A stretch of DNA of 64,000 nucleotides from an uncultured delta proteobacterium (GCA_963727625.1 CAVSHR010000012.1:416001-480000); one strand, 5' to 3'; shown: positions 9,843 to 18,729, counted from the stretch's first letter. Notes: generated by a model not told the origin, from the sequence alone. Translations and numbers: made by a program.

Positions 9843-9879
9843 CTTTCGGACGGGGGTTCGATTCCCCCCGCCTCCACCA
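9843..9879 (+). ncRNA. ssrA: tmRNA 3'-end fragment (attachment-site duplicate), not a full gene
   Basis: CTTTCGGACGGGGGTTCGATTCCCCCCGCCTCCACCA has the T-arm, acceptor 3' strand and CCA, with the TTTCGGAC lead-in typical of tmRNA; no matching 5' portion nearby; smpB is 10 kb away. Confidence 0.8.
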
Positions 9880-9890
9880 ATATCCCTTCC

Positions 9891-11019
9891 AGATGGTGGC
9901 GCTGGAAGTATCGCTTCGCCGGCAAGGAGAAGCGGCTTTCACTCGGGGTCTATCCCGATGTGAAATTGAAAGCGGCACGGGACAAGCGCGATGCGTCCCG
10001 GCAGCAGCTTGCGGCGGGCATCGATCCTGGGGAAGCGCGCAAGGCGGAAAAGCAAGCGCAGGCAGGCGCGGAGAGCTTTGAAGCTATCGCACGCGAATGG
10101 CATGGCAAGTTTTCGCAGGGCTGGGAGACGAGCCACGGCGACCGTATCTTGCGGCGGCTTGAAAGGGATGTATTCCCGTGGATCGGCAAGCGGGCCATTG
10201 TCGAGATCAAAGCGGCCGAGCTATTGGCCATGCTGCGCAGGATCGAGAGCCGGGGTGCGCTGGAAACCACCCACCGCGCCAAGCAGAACTGCTGGCAGGT
10301 TTTCCGCTATGCCGTGGCGACCGGCAGGGCCGAGCGCGATCCGACGGCCGATCTACGCGGCGCGTTGCCCTTACCGCAAGAAAAGCACCATGCCTCGATC
10401 ATCGAACCAAAGCGTGTCGGCGCACTACTGCGTGCGATCGATGGCTATGAAGGATTTTTTGCCACGAAGTGCGCACTACGGCTCGCACCGTTGGTGTTCG
10501 TGCGGCCTGGAGAATTGCGCAGGGGGCAGTGGCCGGAGATCGATCTGGAAAAGGGCGAGTGGCGCATCCCTGCCGAGCGCATGAAGATGCGCGAGCAACA
10601 CATCGTCCCGCTGTCCCGTCAAGCCGTCGAAATCTTGCGTGAGCTGGAACCCGCTGACGAACCGCTCAATCCCCTCCAGGCCCAATGTGCCGTGCTACGT
10701 CTTCCCAAGCGCGCGCACGCGGGAGCGGCCCATGAGCGAAAACGCTGTCCTCGCAGCGCTGCGGCGCATGGGTTACAGCAAAGAAGAGATGACCGGCCAC
10801 GGCTTCCGGAGCATGGCGTCCACACTGCTTCACGAGCAAGGCTGGAACCATCAAGCCATCGAGCGCCAGCTAGCCCATGCCGAGCGAAATGCCGTGAGCG
10901 CGGCTTACAATTTCGCCGAGCATCTGCCGGAGCGGCGCAAGATGATGCAAGCTTGGGCGGATTATTTGGACAGTCTGAAAGCCGGCGCGGAGGTGATTCC
11001 GCTGTTCAAGAAGGCGTAG
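9891..11019 (+). pseudogene. P4-family (CP4-57 IntA-like) integrase, 5'-truncated and frameshifted
   Basis: Begins mid-domain at RWWRWKYRFAGKEKRLSLGVYP only 11 nt after the CCA; FVRPGELR; +1 shift at ~10650 (aacccgctg) into GHGFRSMAST...LAH...AAYN...MMQAWADYLD. Confidence 0.9.
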
Positions 11020-11097
11020 GCACCCTCGACCTCTTGAATGCCATTCAAATAACAAGCGTCGCTAAATTCTGAAGCGACCGTCAAAGCCCAACAAAAC

Positions 11098-11139
11098 CAA
11101 GCCCCGAGCGCTACCGTAACCGGTAGTTCTTGGGGCTTG
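11098..11139. terminator. Long hairpin between the convergent integrase and toxin-partner genes
   Basis: CAAGCCCCGAG-CG-CTACCG-TAAC-CGGTAG-TT-CTTGGGGCTTG. Confidence 0.5.
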
Positions 11140-11212
11140 TCGTTTCAGATATACGGACAAAAGGCGGACAATGCCTTGAAGTGAAGATAGGCTTCAGGTG
11201 TCGCGATTCAAA

Positions 11213-11422
11213 TTATTCGACATCAACGTTTGGGAGGCGGACGTCTTTGTTTATTTCTCGCCTCTTGTCTTCAGGGATAGCAAACCAGAGTTTATCCATC
11301 CTGGCTCGAAGTTCCTCACCTTCTTCAGATTCATCTTGACTGCGTTGAATGAGGTCCTTTAGCGTTGCTAACAGAGCCATATATTCCTGATAAGCACTCT
11401 GGCGCCTCGTTAAAAATTGCAT
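11213..11422 (-). CDS. Small helical protein; putative immunity/antitoxin of the upstream toxin
   Basis: 69 aa, GGGAGG RBS, starts 10 nt after the toxin stop; acidic central helix (DESEEGEELRARMDKLW). Confidence 0.65.
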   Translation of the reverse strand: MQFLTRRQSAYQEYMALLATLKDLIQRSQDESEEGEELRARMDKLWFAIPEDKRREINKDVRLPNVDVE

Positions 11423-11432
11423 AAGACCTCCC

Positions 11433-11990
11433 TCAATGGTTAAGACAAACCCAATCCGGCGCTGTAGCTACTAACGCGTTCGCGAAAACCAATATTTTCA
11501 TAGTTGAGGCCGGTTCGATTACTCCATGACTAATACGATTAGCCGTGTCTCCCAAATCAAAATGTAACCTCAGCCTCGTTGCATCTTCGACTCTCTTCCT
11601 ATCAAGAAAGAACCAACAGTCAACATCTGACCCGGTTCCGCCATTTCTCTTAGGGATCCGGCTGTTCGGCAAGAGAGCAACATGCATTACCGGAAGAATA
11701 GACATCCCGCCGCCGTCCTGTCCCTCGTCGCCTGGTTTTATTTCGCTTCCATCTGGCGGATTTGGCGGTATCACTTCTCGCGATGTAACCCCGAGAAATC
11801 TTGAATTTCGCGCCCACATGGTCGGCGATACGAGCGGACTCGCGTTAGGAACGACTTGGCCAACCGCTGATAGAGCAACGGTTGCGAAATTTGTCGCTTG
11901 GCCATTAATGCTTGGCGTCATCAATCGATAAACCCTGGCTGGATTGTAATCTGCTCTATCGAGGAGCCCCGAATTGATAACAGTCTGCAC
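11433..11990 (-). CDS. Tse2-like ADP-ribosyltransferase-fold toxin
   Basis: Motif order VYRLM...LGV...GGGMS...P.R.GGTG...W...HGVIEPA..M...F..AL.AT...W matches my recollection of the Tse2 ADPRT family (R-S-H residues); start codon uncertain. Confidence 0.65.
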   Translation of the reverse strand: MQTVINSGLLDRADYNPARVYRLMTPSINGQATNFATVALSAVGQVVPNASPLVSPTMWARNSRFLGVTSREVIPPNPPDGSEIKPGDEGQDGGGMSILPVMHVALLPNSRIPKRNGGTGSDVDCWFFLDRKRVEDATRLRLHFDLGDTANRISHGVIEPASTMKILVFANALVATAPDWVCLNH

Positions 11991-12374
11991 GAAAGATGAT
12001 CAAATACTTTCCTAGGGAATGGCCTTCTCATACTGTAGATTAGACGAATCTGTCAATAATTTAGTTTTACGCAACAACTATGCCGTCCCATGAGCCCGTG
12101 CCGATGTGTAAAATGTCTGCAAAATCGGCGTTTGAACGAGACACGGAATACGCACAACTGCCAATTCGGATACAATCTGTCAGGAAAGTGCTCTTTTTGT
12201 AGGACCAACCGCCGAGCGGTTTAAGCAAGCGTCACCTACAACAAAGTAACGATCAGTAAAAGTGAGACGTTGTTTGGTCTTTTCCCAGACGCGCCTTCAA
12301 AGACCAACAAACTAAGGCCAGAACCCTGCAGTAAGGTCCGGTCCGCTTCTTCGTCAGACCCGTATTAAGGTCGC

Positions 12375-13622
12375 TTAAGTGCCCGCTTTGGTACGCTGCT
12401 CAATTGCACGATCGATGAGCGCTTGAACGGTTGCAGAGGCGATGACAAATTCAAACGAGCGCATAAACGCCATAGGTCCTAACTCCACAAACAGCTTAGC
12501 GAATACTTCATCTGCAAAGCTACTCGATACAATAGGCACTCCATCGAAGTCGATAAGGATTCGATTGTTTTTCAGCATCCCAAGCAAGTTAGTCAGCTTA
12601 ATACGAACAGGTGTTCCTGCCGCGCGGCTTCCCGTCGACTCAGATTCATCGCGCATGCGGAAACAACCTCCACCGTCGTCCCCCTCGTACCTTAATTCAA
12701 CATGGTCGATGGGATGATGGATCTCTCCGGCGAATTTCAACGCTTCACCAAGAACCCCTGGGCGTGAGCAGTCAACACAAGAGACTATAAGAGCACCGTG
12801 ATAGGGAATGGCTTCATTGCGAACAACAAGTCCCCTTTTCGGATCGTAGGCCAGGTGCGCGTTACCAGAGTTAACCTGGAAATACCCGCCACTTACCCGA
12901 CAGATTTCAAAACTGCCGTACAAACCGTTTCCTTGACCAATTGATTTGTCGCGCGTAACACCTTCACGTACGGCGCGTTCGAGAGCGTGAGCGTCAGAGG
13001 TTATATCTGTTCGCGTCTCGCGGAGGGTACGCGGAATCCCTATTCCTGCATCACAAACAACAAATTCCCCCCGTCTGCGGGACTTTTGAAAGGTAGCCAC
13101 CTGCACGATGCCCCCGTGCTTGGCCGTCGAATGAGTGAGCACATTGTCAGTGATCTCGTTAAGTGACCATTCAATCGCTGCAAAGTCTGCGCGGCTAACC
13201 CCATCAAGCGCCCCGAGGATCACGTCAATGATTGAGGAAACCGCCCCTGCTTGCTCCGCTGGCGCGGCAAATGTCGTGGCAGGGACGTGCGTGTATCCCT
13301 GAAATGTCGAGCGTCTGTAAGATTCGGGGTTAATGAGATAAGCCCAATTAGCATTTCTGAACAGGTTGGCCAATTTGCCAGCAACTGGAAGTACAAGATG
13401 GACGGCAATACCCCGATCGCGTGCCTCGATTACCTGTGAACAGATGGCAAGCATTGGTCCGGGAAACGCTGCAATACACTGCGAAAAGTCGACTATGAGG
13501 TCTTCGTAACCGAGTTTTTCGATCGCGGTATGCAATGTTGCCAGAAATCGATGAAAGTGGGCGATGCCAAATTCACCGTTTATAATAATGCGATTATCTA
13601 GACGTGAAATGACTTCCATCAT
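12375..13622 (-). CDS. Fused STAS-like / HATPase(GHKL) kinase / DUF4325 STAS-like protein
   Basis: N-box EITDNVLTHS, G1 CDAGIGI, G2 GQGNGLY; C-terminal ILIDFDGVPIVSSSFADEVF; N-terminal LIVDFSQC STAS-like strand. Confidence 0.8.
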   Translation of the reverse strand: MMEVISRLDNRIIINGEFGIAHFHRFLATLHTAIEKLGYEDLIVDFSQCIAAFPGPMLAICSQVIEARDRGIAVHLVLPVAGKLANLFRNANWAYLINPESYRRSTFQGYTHVPATTFAAPAEQAGAVSSIIDVILGALDGVSRADFAAIEWSLNEITDNVLTHSTAKHGGIVQVATFQKSRRRGEFVVCDAGIGIPRTLRETRTDITSDAHALERAVREGVTRDKSIGQGNGLYGSFEICRVSGGYFQVNSGNAHLAYDPKRGLVVRNEAIPYHGALIVSCVDCSRPGVLGEALKFAGEIHHPIDHVELRYEGDDGGGCFRMRDESESTGSRAAGTPVRIKLTNLLGMLKNNRILIDFDGVPIVSSSFADEVFAKLFVELGPMAFMRSFEFVIASATVQALIDRAIEQRTKAGT

Positions 13623-13865
13623 CCACCCGGCGGCCAGAATCGATTGCCCGCTGTTCGCGACAAAAACCGGTAGACCAATTTTCTCACAGGGACATACGAA
13701 CCTCTAGCAAATTCGCTCCAATATTGTTCAGACACCTGTCAATGACGTACGAGCCGGTGATCAAGTCAGCCCACTTGATTGGTAACCAAGCGGTCCACAG
13801 TAACTTTTTATCTCACAAGGGCTTTTTCTAGCCTGTCCGTGAATTGTCCGCGTCCCTCCAACGTT

Positions 13866-14537
13866 TCACGCTGGCCGTATGCACTCTGGTGTGTCGTTCA
13901 TCGGTGAGTTAACCAGCGTCGAAACCTCCTGCGCTTCGATTAGCTCTGACGGAAACGGCTGGAGGATTGCCGCCAGAGCCTTTGCGGAATTGGTGGGGCA
14001 CCGGGGGTCCAGCCAATGTCGCGCCATATCTGCGTCATAGATCACCGGCATTCGGTTGTGAATGGGGCGTAGTAAGGCGTTCGGTTCCGTGGTGATTATC
14101 GTGAAGGTATGGAGCACATCGCCCAGCGCGACGTTTCGCCAGGAATCCCATAGGCCGGCGAAGGCGAATGGTTGTCGGTCCTTCGCGTGAATCCATACCG
14201 GAATTTTGCGTTTACCCTCCCGGCGCCACTCGTAAAAGCCATCGGCTGGAACGAGACAACGACGAGACCCTATCAAGCGTTTGAATGATGGCTTTTCAGT
14301 CAGCGTTTCGGCTCGCGCATTGATCATAGCGTTTCCTATGCTCGGATCTTGCGCCCATGACGGGACCAATCCCCATTTCATGAGCTTCGCTTCATTTCGG
14401 TCTTCATTGCGCAGGATTACCGGCACCTCTTGTGACGGCGCGATGTTGTAGCGCGGGCCGAAGGAAAGATCCCCCTGAAGATTCCACTGAAGCTTAATCT
14501 CACGGAAGCTAAATGTTGCTGTGAATCGGCCACACAT
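13866..14537 (-). CDS. SOS response-associated peptidase (SRAP/HMCES/YedK family)
   Basis: MCGRF N-terminus, RYNIAPSQ, INARAET, GFYEW, IHNRMPVI. Confidence 0.95.
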   Translation of the reverse strand: MCGRFTATFSFREIKLQWNLQGDLSFGPRYNIAPSQEVPVILRNEDRNEAKLMKWGLVPSWAQDPSIGNAMINARAETLTEKPSFKRLIGSRRCLVPADGFYEWRREGKRKIPVWIHAKDRQPFAFAGLWDSWRNVALGDVLHTFTIITTEPNALLRPIHNRMPVIYDADMARHWLDPRCPTNSAKALAAILQPFPSELIEAQEVSTLVNSPMNDTPECIRPA

Positions 14538-14687
14538 GAGAACGATTGAAAAACCTTCTGTCTAAAATCCGTTGTAAGGGGAAGCGTTCAAAGCCGCTCT
14601 CGCTTGAGAATTTTGCGGATGCATCATTTCTACTCTCGGCCCGTTAATAAATCGAAGTCAATCCTCGGGCAGGCGCCGATTAGATGC

Positions 14688-14713
14688 TACTCATAGTGTG
14701 TAGACTTAAAGGA
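14688..14713 (+). promoter_or_regulatory. Degenerate C-box operator of an RM controller protein
   Basis: TACTCATAGTG-TGTA-GACTTAAAGGA versus the PvuII-type consensus GACTnnnAGTC-TGTA-GACTnnnAGTC; 16 nt before ATG 14730. Confidence 0.65.
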
Positions 14714-14729
14714 TTCAAGAAGGCTTTTC

Positions 14730-14958
14730 ATGGGGCGTGAAGCGCAAAAAGCCGCGTCCATGCGACCTCAGACCGCCAGCAGGAAAGCCGGAAAACGGTC
14801 GAAAAGCTATCGCTTCAAATATTCGACGCGTTCGCTTGGAACGTGGCTGATCGCAAGAAGCTCCTGCAGCCCGAGCAGGGATTCACAGGACGTACATGGG
14901 TTAAGTGGAACGAGGTGAGCGCAACGTGGCGATAGACAACATCTGCCGAATCGCTTGA
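14730..14958 (+). pseudogene. RM controller (C-protein)-like XRE HTH pseudogene
   Basis: RKAIASNIRRVRLERG*SQEAPAARAGIHRTYMG*VERGERNVAIDNICRIA* with stops at 14848, 14902 and 14956, and a frameshift relative to ATG 14730. Confidence 0.75.
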
Positions 14959-15138
14959 GACTGGTTTGGTCGTGATCCAAAGAGGGGGTGGCGGACTGCG
15001 GGTCTAAGCCCAGTTTGATTGACGAATGCGAGCCTTGACCGCGTTTTTCTCCCTGTGATATTGCCGTTGCAATCGTGTGACTTTTGGTGGTTCATTCCGG
15101 CAAACACTTTCGATCGTAAAGACCGCTGACGCGTTAGC

Positions 15139-16848
15139 TCACGGCACAAGCCCTGCAGCCTTCAGGGCTTTGTAGATCGTATAACCTCCGGACAGGTTCT
15201 TTGAGTGATACCCGTGCTGGGTTAGAAAACGGCTGGCGAAATACGCACGCTGTCCGACCGCGCAACACACCCAGATGTCGCGATCTTTTGGCAGCTCGGC
15301 GTAACGGGAGCGCAGTTGGGAGAGCGGCAGGTTGATCGCCTTGGGTATGTGCCCGCGGCTAAACTCGTCGCCTTCGCGCACGTCGAGCAATAATGCGTCG
15401 GTGCGGTCAAGCTCCAGCCAATCTGCCACGGGCATGTCGCCATTCAGAACGTTCTCGGCAAGCATGCCGGCGAGGTTGACCGGGTCCTTGGCGGCGCCAA
15501 ACTGCGGCGAGTAGCATAGCTCGGCCTCAGCCAGATCGTGCACCGTGCCGTGGAATTGAATTGCCGTGGCGATGACATCGATGCGCTTCTCCACGCCTTC
15601 AAACCCCACCGCTTGTGCGCCGAGGATACGGCCGTCGGGCACGGAGAATACGAGTTTGAGATGGATCTGCCGCGCGCCGGGATAGTAGCCGGCGTGATGC
15701 CCCGGGTGAAGGTAGACTTTCTCGAAGCCCGTGACGCCGGCGCGTCGCAGTCCTTTCTCGCTCGCGCCGGTCGACGCGACGGTCAGACCCAACACGCCTA
15801 CCACGGCGGTCGCCTGCACGCCGCGGAACTGCGTCGTGCGCCCGGCGATCGACTCGGCGGCTACTCGTCCTTGCCGATTTGCCGGTCCCGCGAGAGGCAG
15901 CACCGTTTCTTGACCCGTAAGCACGTCTTGCACTTCAACGACGTCGCCCACCGCCCAGATACGGGGGTCGGTCGTGCGCATCTGCGCATCGACGACTATC
16001 CCGCCGCGCGGGCCGATCTCTAAACCGGCGTCCTTGGCAAGCGCGGTCTCGGGCCGCACCCCGATGGCCAGAATGACGAGATCTGCCGGCAAGCGTGCGC
16101 CGCTCTCTGCGACGACAACCAAGCCGGCGCCGTCGTGCTCTTCGATGCGCGCAAGCCCGTCGCCCAAACAGAGCTGCACGCCCTTAACAGCAAGGTGTTC
16201 CATCAGCGGCGCCGCCATCTCGGGGTCGAGCGGCGGCATGACCTGGGGCAGCTTCTCCAATACCGTGACGGCCAGCTCGCGATGGATCAAATTTTCGACC
16301 ATCTCCAAGCCGATGAACCCGCCGCCGACCACAACGGCGGTCTTGGCGCTATGATCCGTAATCCACGAACGGATGCGGCGGGAGTCCGGGATCGTGCGCA
16401 CGGCGAATACGCCGGGCAAATCTACGCCCGGGAGCTGGGGTCGAATCGGCGCGGCGCCGGGCGACAGGACAAGCGCATCGTAGTGCTCCGTGCGCCTGTG
16501 GCCTGTGCGGAGATCGCGCACGTTAATCGTGCCGGCGCTGCGGTCGATGCCAGTGGCCTCGGTATCGGTATGCACCTCGATATTGAAACGCTCATGAAAC
16601 ATTTCTCGCGACGCCACCAGCAGGCTGCTCTCATCAGAAATGACGTTGCCGACGTAGTACGGCAGCCCGCAGTTCGCGAACGAGACGTACGGACCGCGGT
16701 CGATCAAGATGATCTCGCTGGACTCGTCGAGCCGCCTCAGCCGTGCCGCGCAGGAGGCGCCGCCCGCGACACCCCCGACAATGAGTACGCGACGGGGTGT
16801 CTCACTGTTACGCGAAGCGGTTGACTGGGGGTCAGTTTGCTGGATCAT
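15139..16848 (-). CDS. CoA-disulfide reductase with rhodanese domain (CoADR-RHD / persulfide reductase)
   Basis: GGVAGG FAD site, SFANCGLPY redox Cys, GGGFIGLE, YSPQF, C-terminal rhodanese LLDVRE...CAVGQR; GGAGG RBS before ATG 16848. Confidence 0.92.
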   Translation of the reverse strand: MIQQTDPQSTASRNSETPRRVLIVGGVAGGASCAARLRRLDESSEIILIDRGPYVSFANCGLPYYVGNVISDESSLLVASREMFHERFNIEVHTDTEATGIDRSAGTINVRDLRTGHRRTEHYDALVLSPGAAPIRPQLPGVDLPGVFAVRTIPDSRRIRSWITDHSAKTAVVVGGGFIGLEMVENLIHRELAVTVLEKLPQVMPPLDPEMAAPLMEHLAVKGVQLCLGDGLARIEEHDGAGLVVVAESGARLPADLVILAIGVRPETALAKDAGLEIGPRGGIVVDAQMRTTDPRIWAVGDVVEVQDVLTGQETVLPLAGPANRQGRVAAESIAGRTTQFRGVQATAVVGVLGLTVASTGASEKGLRRAGVTGFEKVYLHPGHHAGYYPGARQIHLKLVFSVPDGRILGAQAVGFEGVEKRIDVIATAIQFHGTVHDLAEAELCYSPQFGAAKDPVNLAGMLAENVLNGDMPVADWLELDRTDALLLDVREGDEFSRGHIPKAINLPLSQLRSRYAELPKDRDIWVCCAVGQRAYFASRFLTQHGYHSKNLSGGYTIYKALKAAGLVP

Positions 16849-17693
16849 GCAACCTCCGATTGAAGGCGGTGTGCGTATCGTAAATTCGGTCGCATGACGC
16901 CACTCGGCCACAGTTCGCGGGCTAAAACCTGTGCGAGGGCACGGAGTCCGAACTTACCCACAGCAAGGTTGAGATTGTTGGCGCGACCAATCAGGGAGGA
17001 TGTCGAGCCAATCAAGGTAATGGTGCCGCGTCCAAGAGATATCATTTGTTTTGAAGTTTCGCGCGCAACGATAAAACCCCCAAGGCAATTTTGCCTCCAA
17101 CTATTTTCAAAAGATGACAAATCGAGGTCAATTACGCGACCACTGCTGAAACCTTGAACTGAGTAAACCACTAAATTGGGAACTCCCAAATCGCCACTGA
17201 CTAGAGAAATTAATTGCATAACTGACTTTTCATCAGTCGCATCGCAGCCGTAGGCACAAACAGCCCCACCAGCGCGATTCAATTCGTCAACCAGTTGGTC
17301 AAGTCGTTCGGCGCTGCGTGAAGCCAGCGCCACTCGTAGGCCCGAAGCAGCCAATTTGCGGGCTAATGCAAAACCAAATCCTGGCCCAACTCCAACAAGT
17401 AATGCTGTCTCGGACGTTGGGGAGGATCTGTCAGGATCCGTCTTATGTTCGGGCGTGTTCTTGATCGCGATCGGTGAAACTAGATGCGAAACTGGCATCG
17501 CAAGACTAAGCACTTTCGCAAAATTGCGAACAAAGCGCCTTCGCAGGTTGCTAGACACACGAATATTTCGGCCCACGCGGTAGTAAAGGGCGACAGGCCC
17601 AAGCGGCAGTCGCCTCCGCCGCTTAGCGGCTTGCCAAGCCCGAGTAAGCGAGTCCAAGGTCAATCTCCAAGGGAGCAGTAAGTTGTAATTCAA
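16845..17693 (-). pseudogene. Short-chain dehydrogenase, C-terminally truncated
   Basis: ALLVGVGPGFG, CDATDE, GKFGLRALAQVLARELWPSG; homology stops at ~16895 where the HVAH(V/I)IDG segment should follow; start uncertain. Confidence 0.6.
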
Positions 17694-17952
17694 GACGCAA
17701 AAGCCTTTTATCGCTAAAGCATGAATGCAAGCAAGGCCCCCGGAGCATCCGGAAGTTTTCCGAGCGCAGAAGCAATTGCTGAGGCCATGGTGCGTAGACT
17801 AACAAGTCAGAGCGAATCCGCTGGTCGAAGCCATAGCTGGCTCGTCTGATTATGCTTCGATGGCTGATCGCCGGCCCCGCGCGTGAATCCGCTTGAAATC
17901 TAAGCCCTACGGCGATAAACGCCAGCACATATTTTATTAGTTCCGCATCAGC

Positions 17953-18729
17953 ATGGGTCCTTTCACTTTCATCGGTATCGATCTCGCGTGGCGAAGCGAT
18001 CGCAATCACACAGGCGGCGCTGTGCTGCGAGGCGATCGCGGTGGCGCCGAACTGACGACGCTTTCCGATTCCATCCGGAGTATCGCAGAGGTCCGCCGTT
18101 TCGTTAACGATCACACGGGTGCCTCGACGGTCATTGCTATTGACGCACCTCTTATCATTGAGAATGAAACGGGCCAGCGACCGTGCGAGACTGCAGTCGG
18201 CAAAAAATACGGCGGTAGAGAGGCGAGCTGTCATACATCGAACCTGCGACTCTACCCGAGCGCCACGAGTGTCGCATTGGCTCGTGAGTTGGTAGCCGCC
18301 GGTTACGTCCACGCACCGGCGTTGGGCGGTGATTTCGCAAATGTGATCTTGGAGGTGTATCCCCACGCGGGTCTCGTCGCGCTTTTCGATCTTCCTAAAT
18401 CATTGAAGTACAAGAAGGGGAGATTGGCTCAGAAGCGCGCGGGGCTAAGGGCTTTGGGCCAGCACCTCGGTCGGCTCCGGCACGCGGTGCCAATCTTGCG
18501 GGCAAATGCCTGCCTGACCAATCTCTTGTCGCGCGATCTCGACTCTCTACGTGGTCGGGATCTCAAAGCTCACGAAGATCGGTTGGATGCACTCTTCTGC
18601 GCCTATCTCGCATATTACTTCTGGTATTGGGGAGTAGCTCAGAATGAGATGTTCGGTGATCTCGAAACGGGGTACATTGCGAATCCGAAGCTGATTCCCG
18701 GAGGAATTGGGACCGCAAATAGAGATTGA
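17953..18729 (+). CDS. DUF429-family predicted nuclease (RNase H-like fold)
   Basis: FIGIDLAW, IAIDAPL, NETGQRPCE, LEVYPH, LKYKKG, EDRLDA. Confidence 0.85.
   Translation: MGPFTFIGIDLAWRSDRNHTGGAVLRGDRGGAELTTLSDSIRSIAEVRRFVNDHTGASTVIAIDAPLIIENETGQRPCETAVGKKYGGREASCHTSNLRLYPSATSVALARELVAAGYVHAPALGGDFANVILEVYPHAGLVALFDLPKSLKYKKGRLAQKRAGLRALGQHLGRLRHAVPILRANACLTNLLSRDLDSLRGRDLKAHEDRLDALFCAYLAYYFWYWGVAQNEMFGDLETGYIANPKLIPGGIGTANRD

Larger units (their letters stand above)
1..9879. mobile_element. Integrative element / phage-satellite-like island integrated in tmRNA (left end outside the window)
   Basis: Integrase-XRE-excisionase-helicase module at 1-3268, lower-GC cargo, and a right boundary at a duplicated tmRNA 3' end (9843-9879) preceded by arm-like direct repeats. 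Confidence 0.75.

Noticed and set aside
9780-9879. Complete tRNA or tmRNA gene
   Set aside because: Only the T-arm/acceptor 3' part is present; no complementary 5' acceptor strand or tag-reading frame upstream
9825-11072. 415-aa ORF as an intact integrase
   Set aside because: Its N-terminus is translated tmRNA/att sequence and its C-terminus is out of frame after ~10650; the catalytic H-x-x-R, H and Y residues lie in another frame
17790-17950. Possible integron attC site (GTTAGTC before an ATG, internal hairpin)
   Set aside because: No convincing paired R/L boxes, no integron integrase and no second similar site
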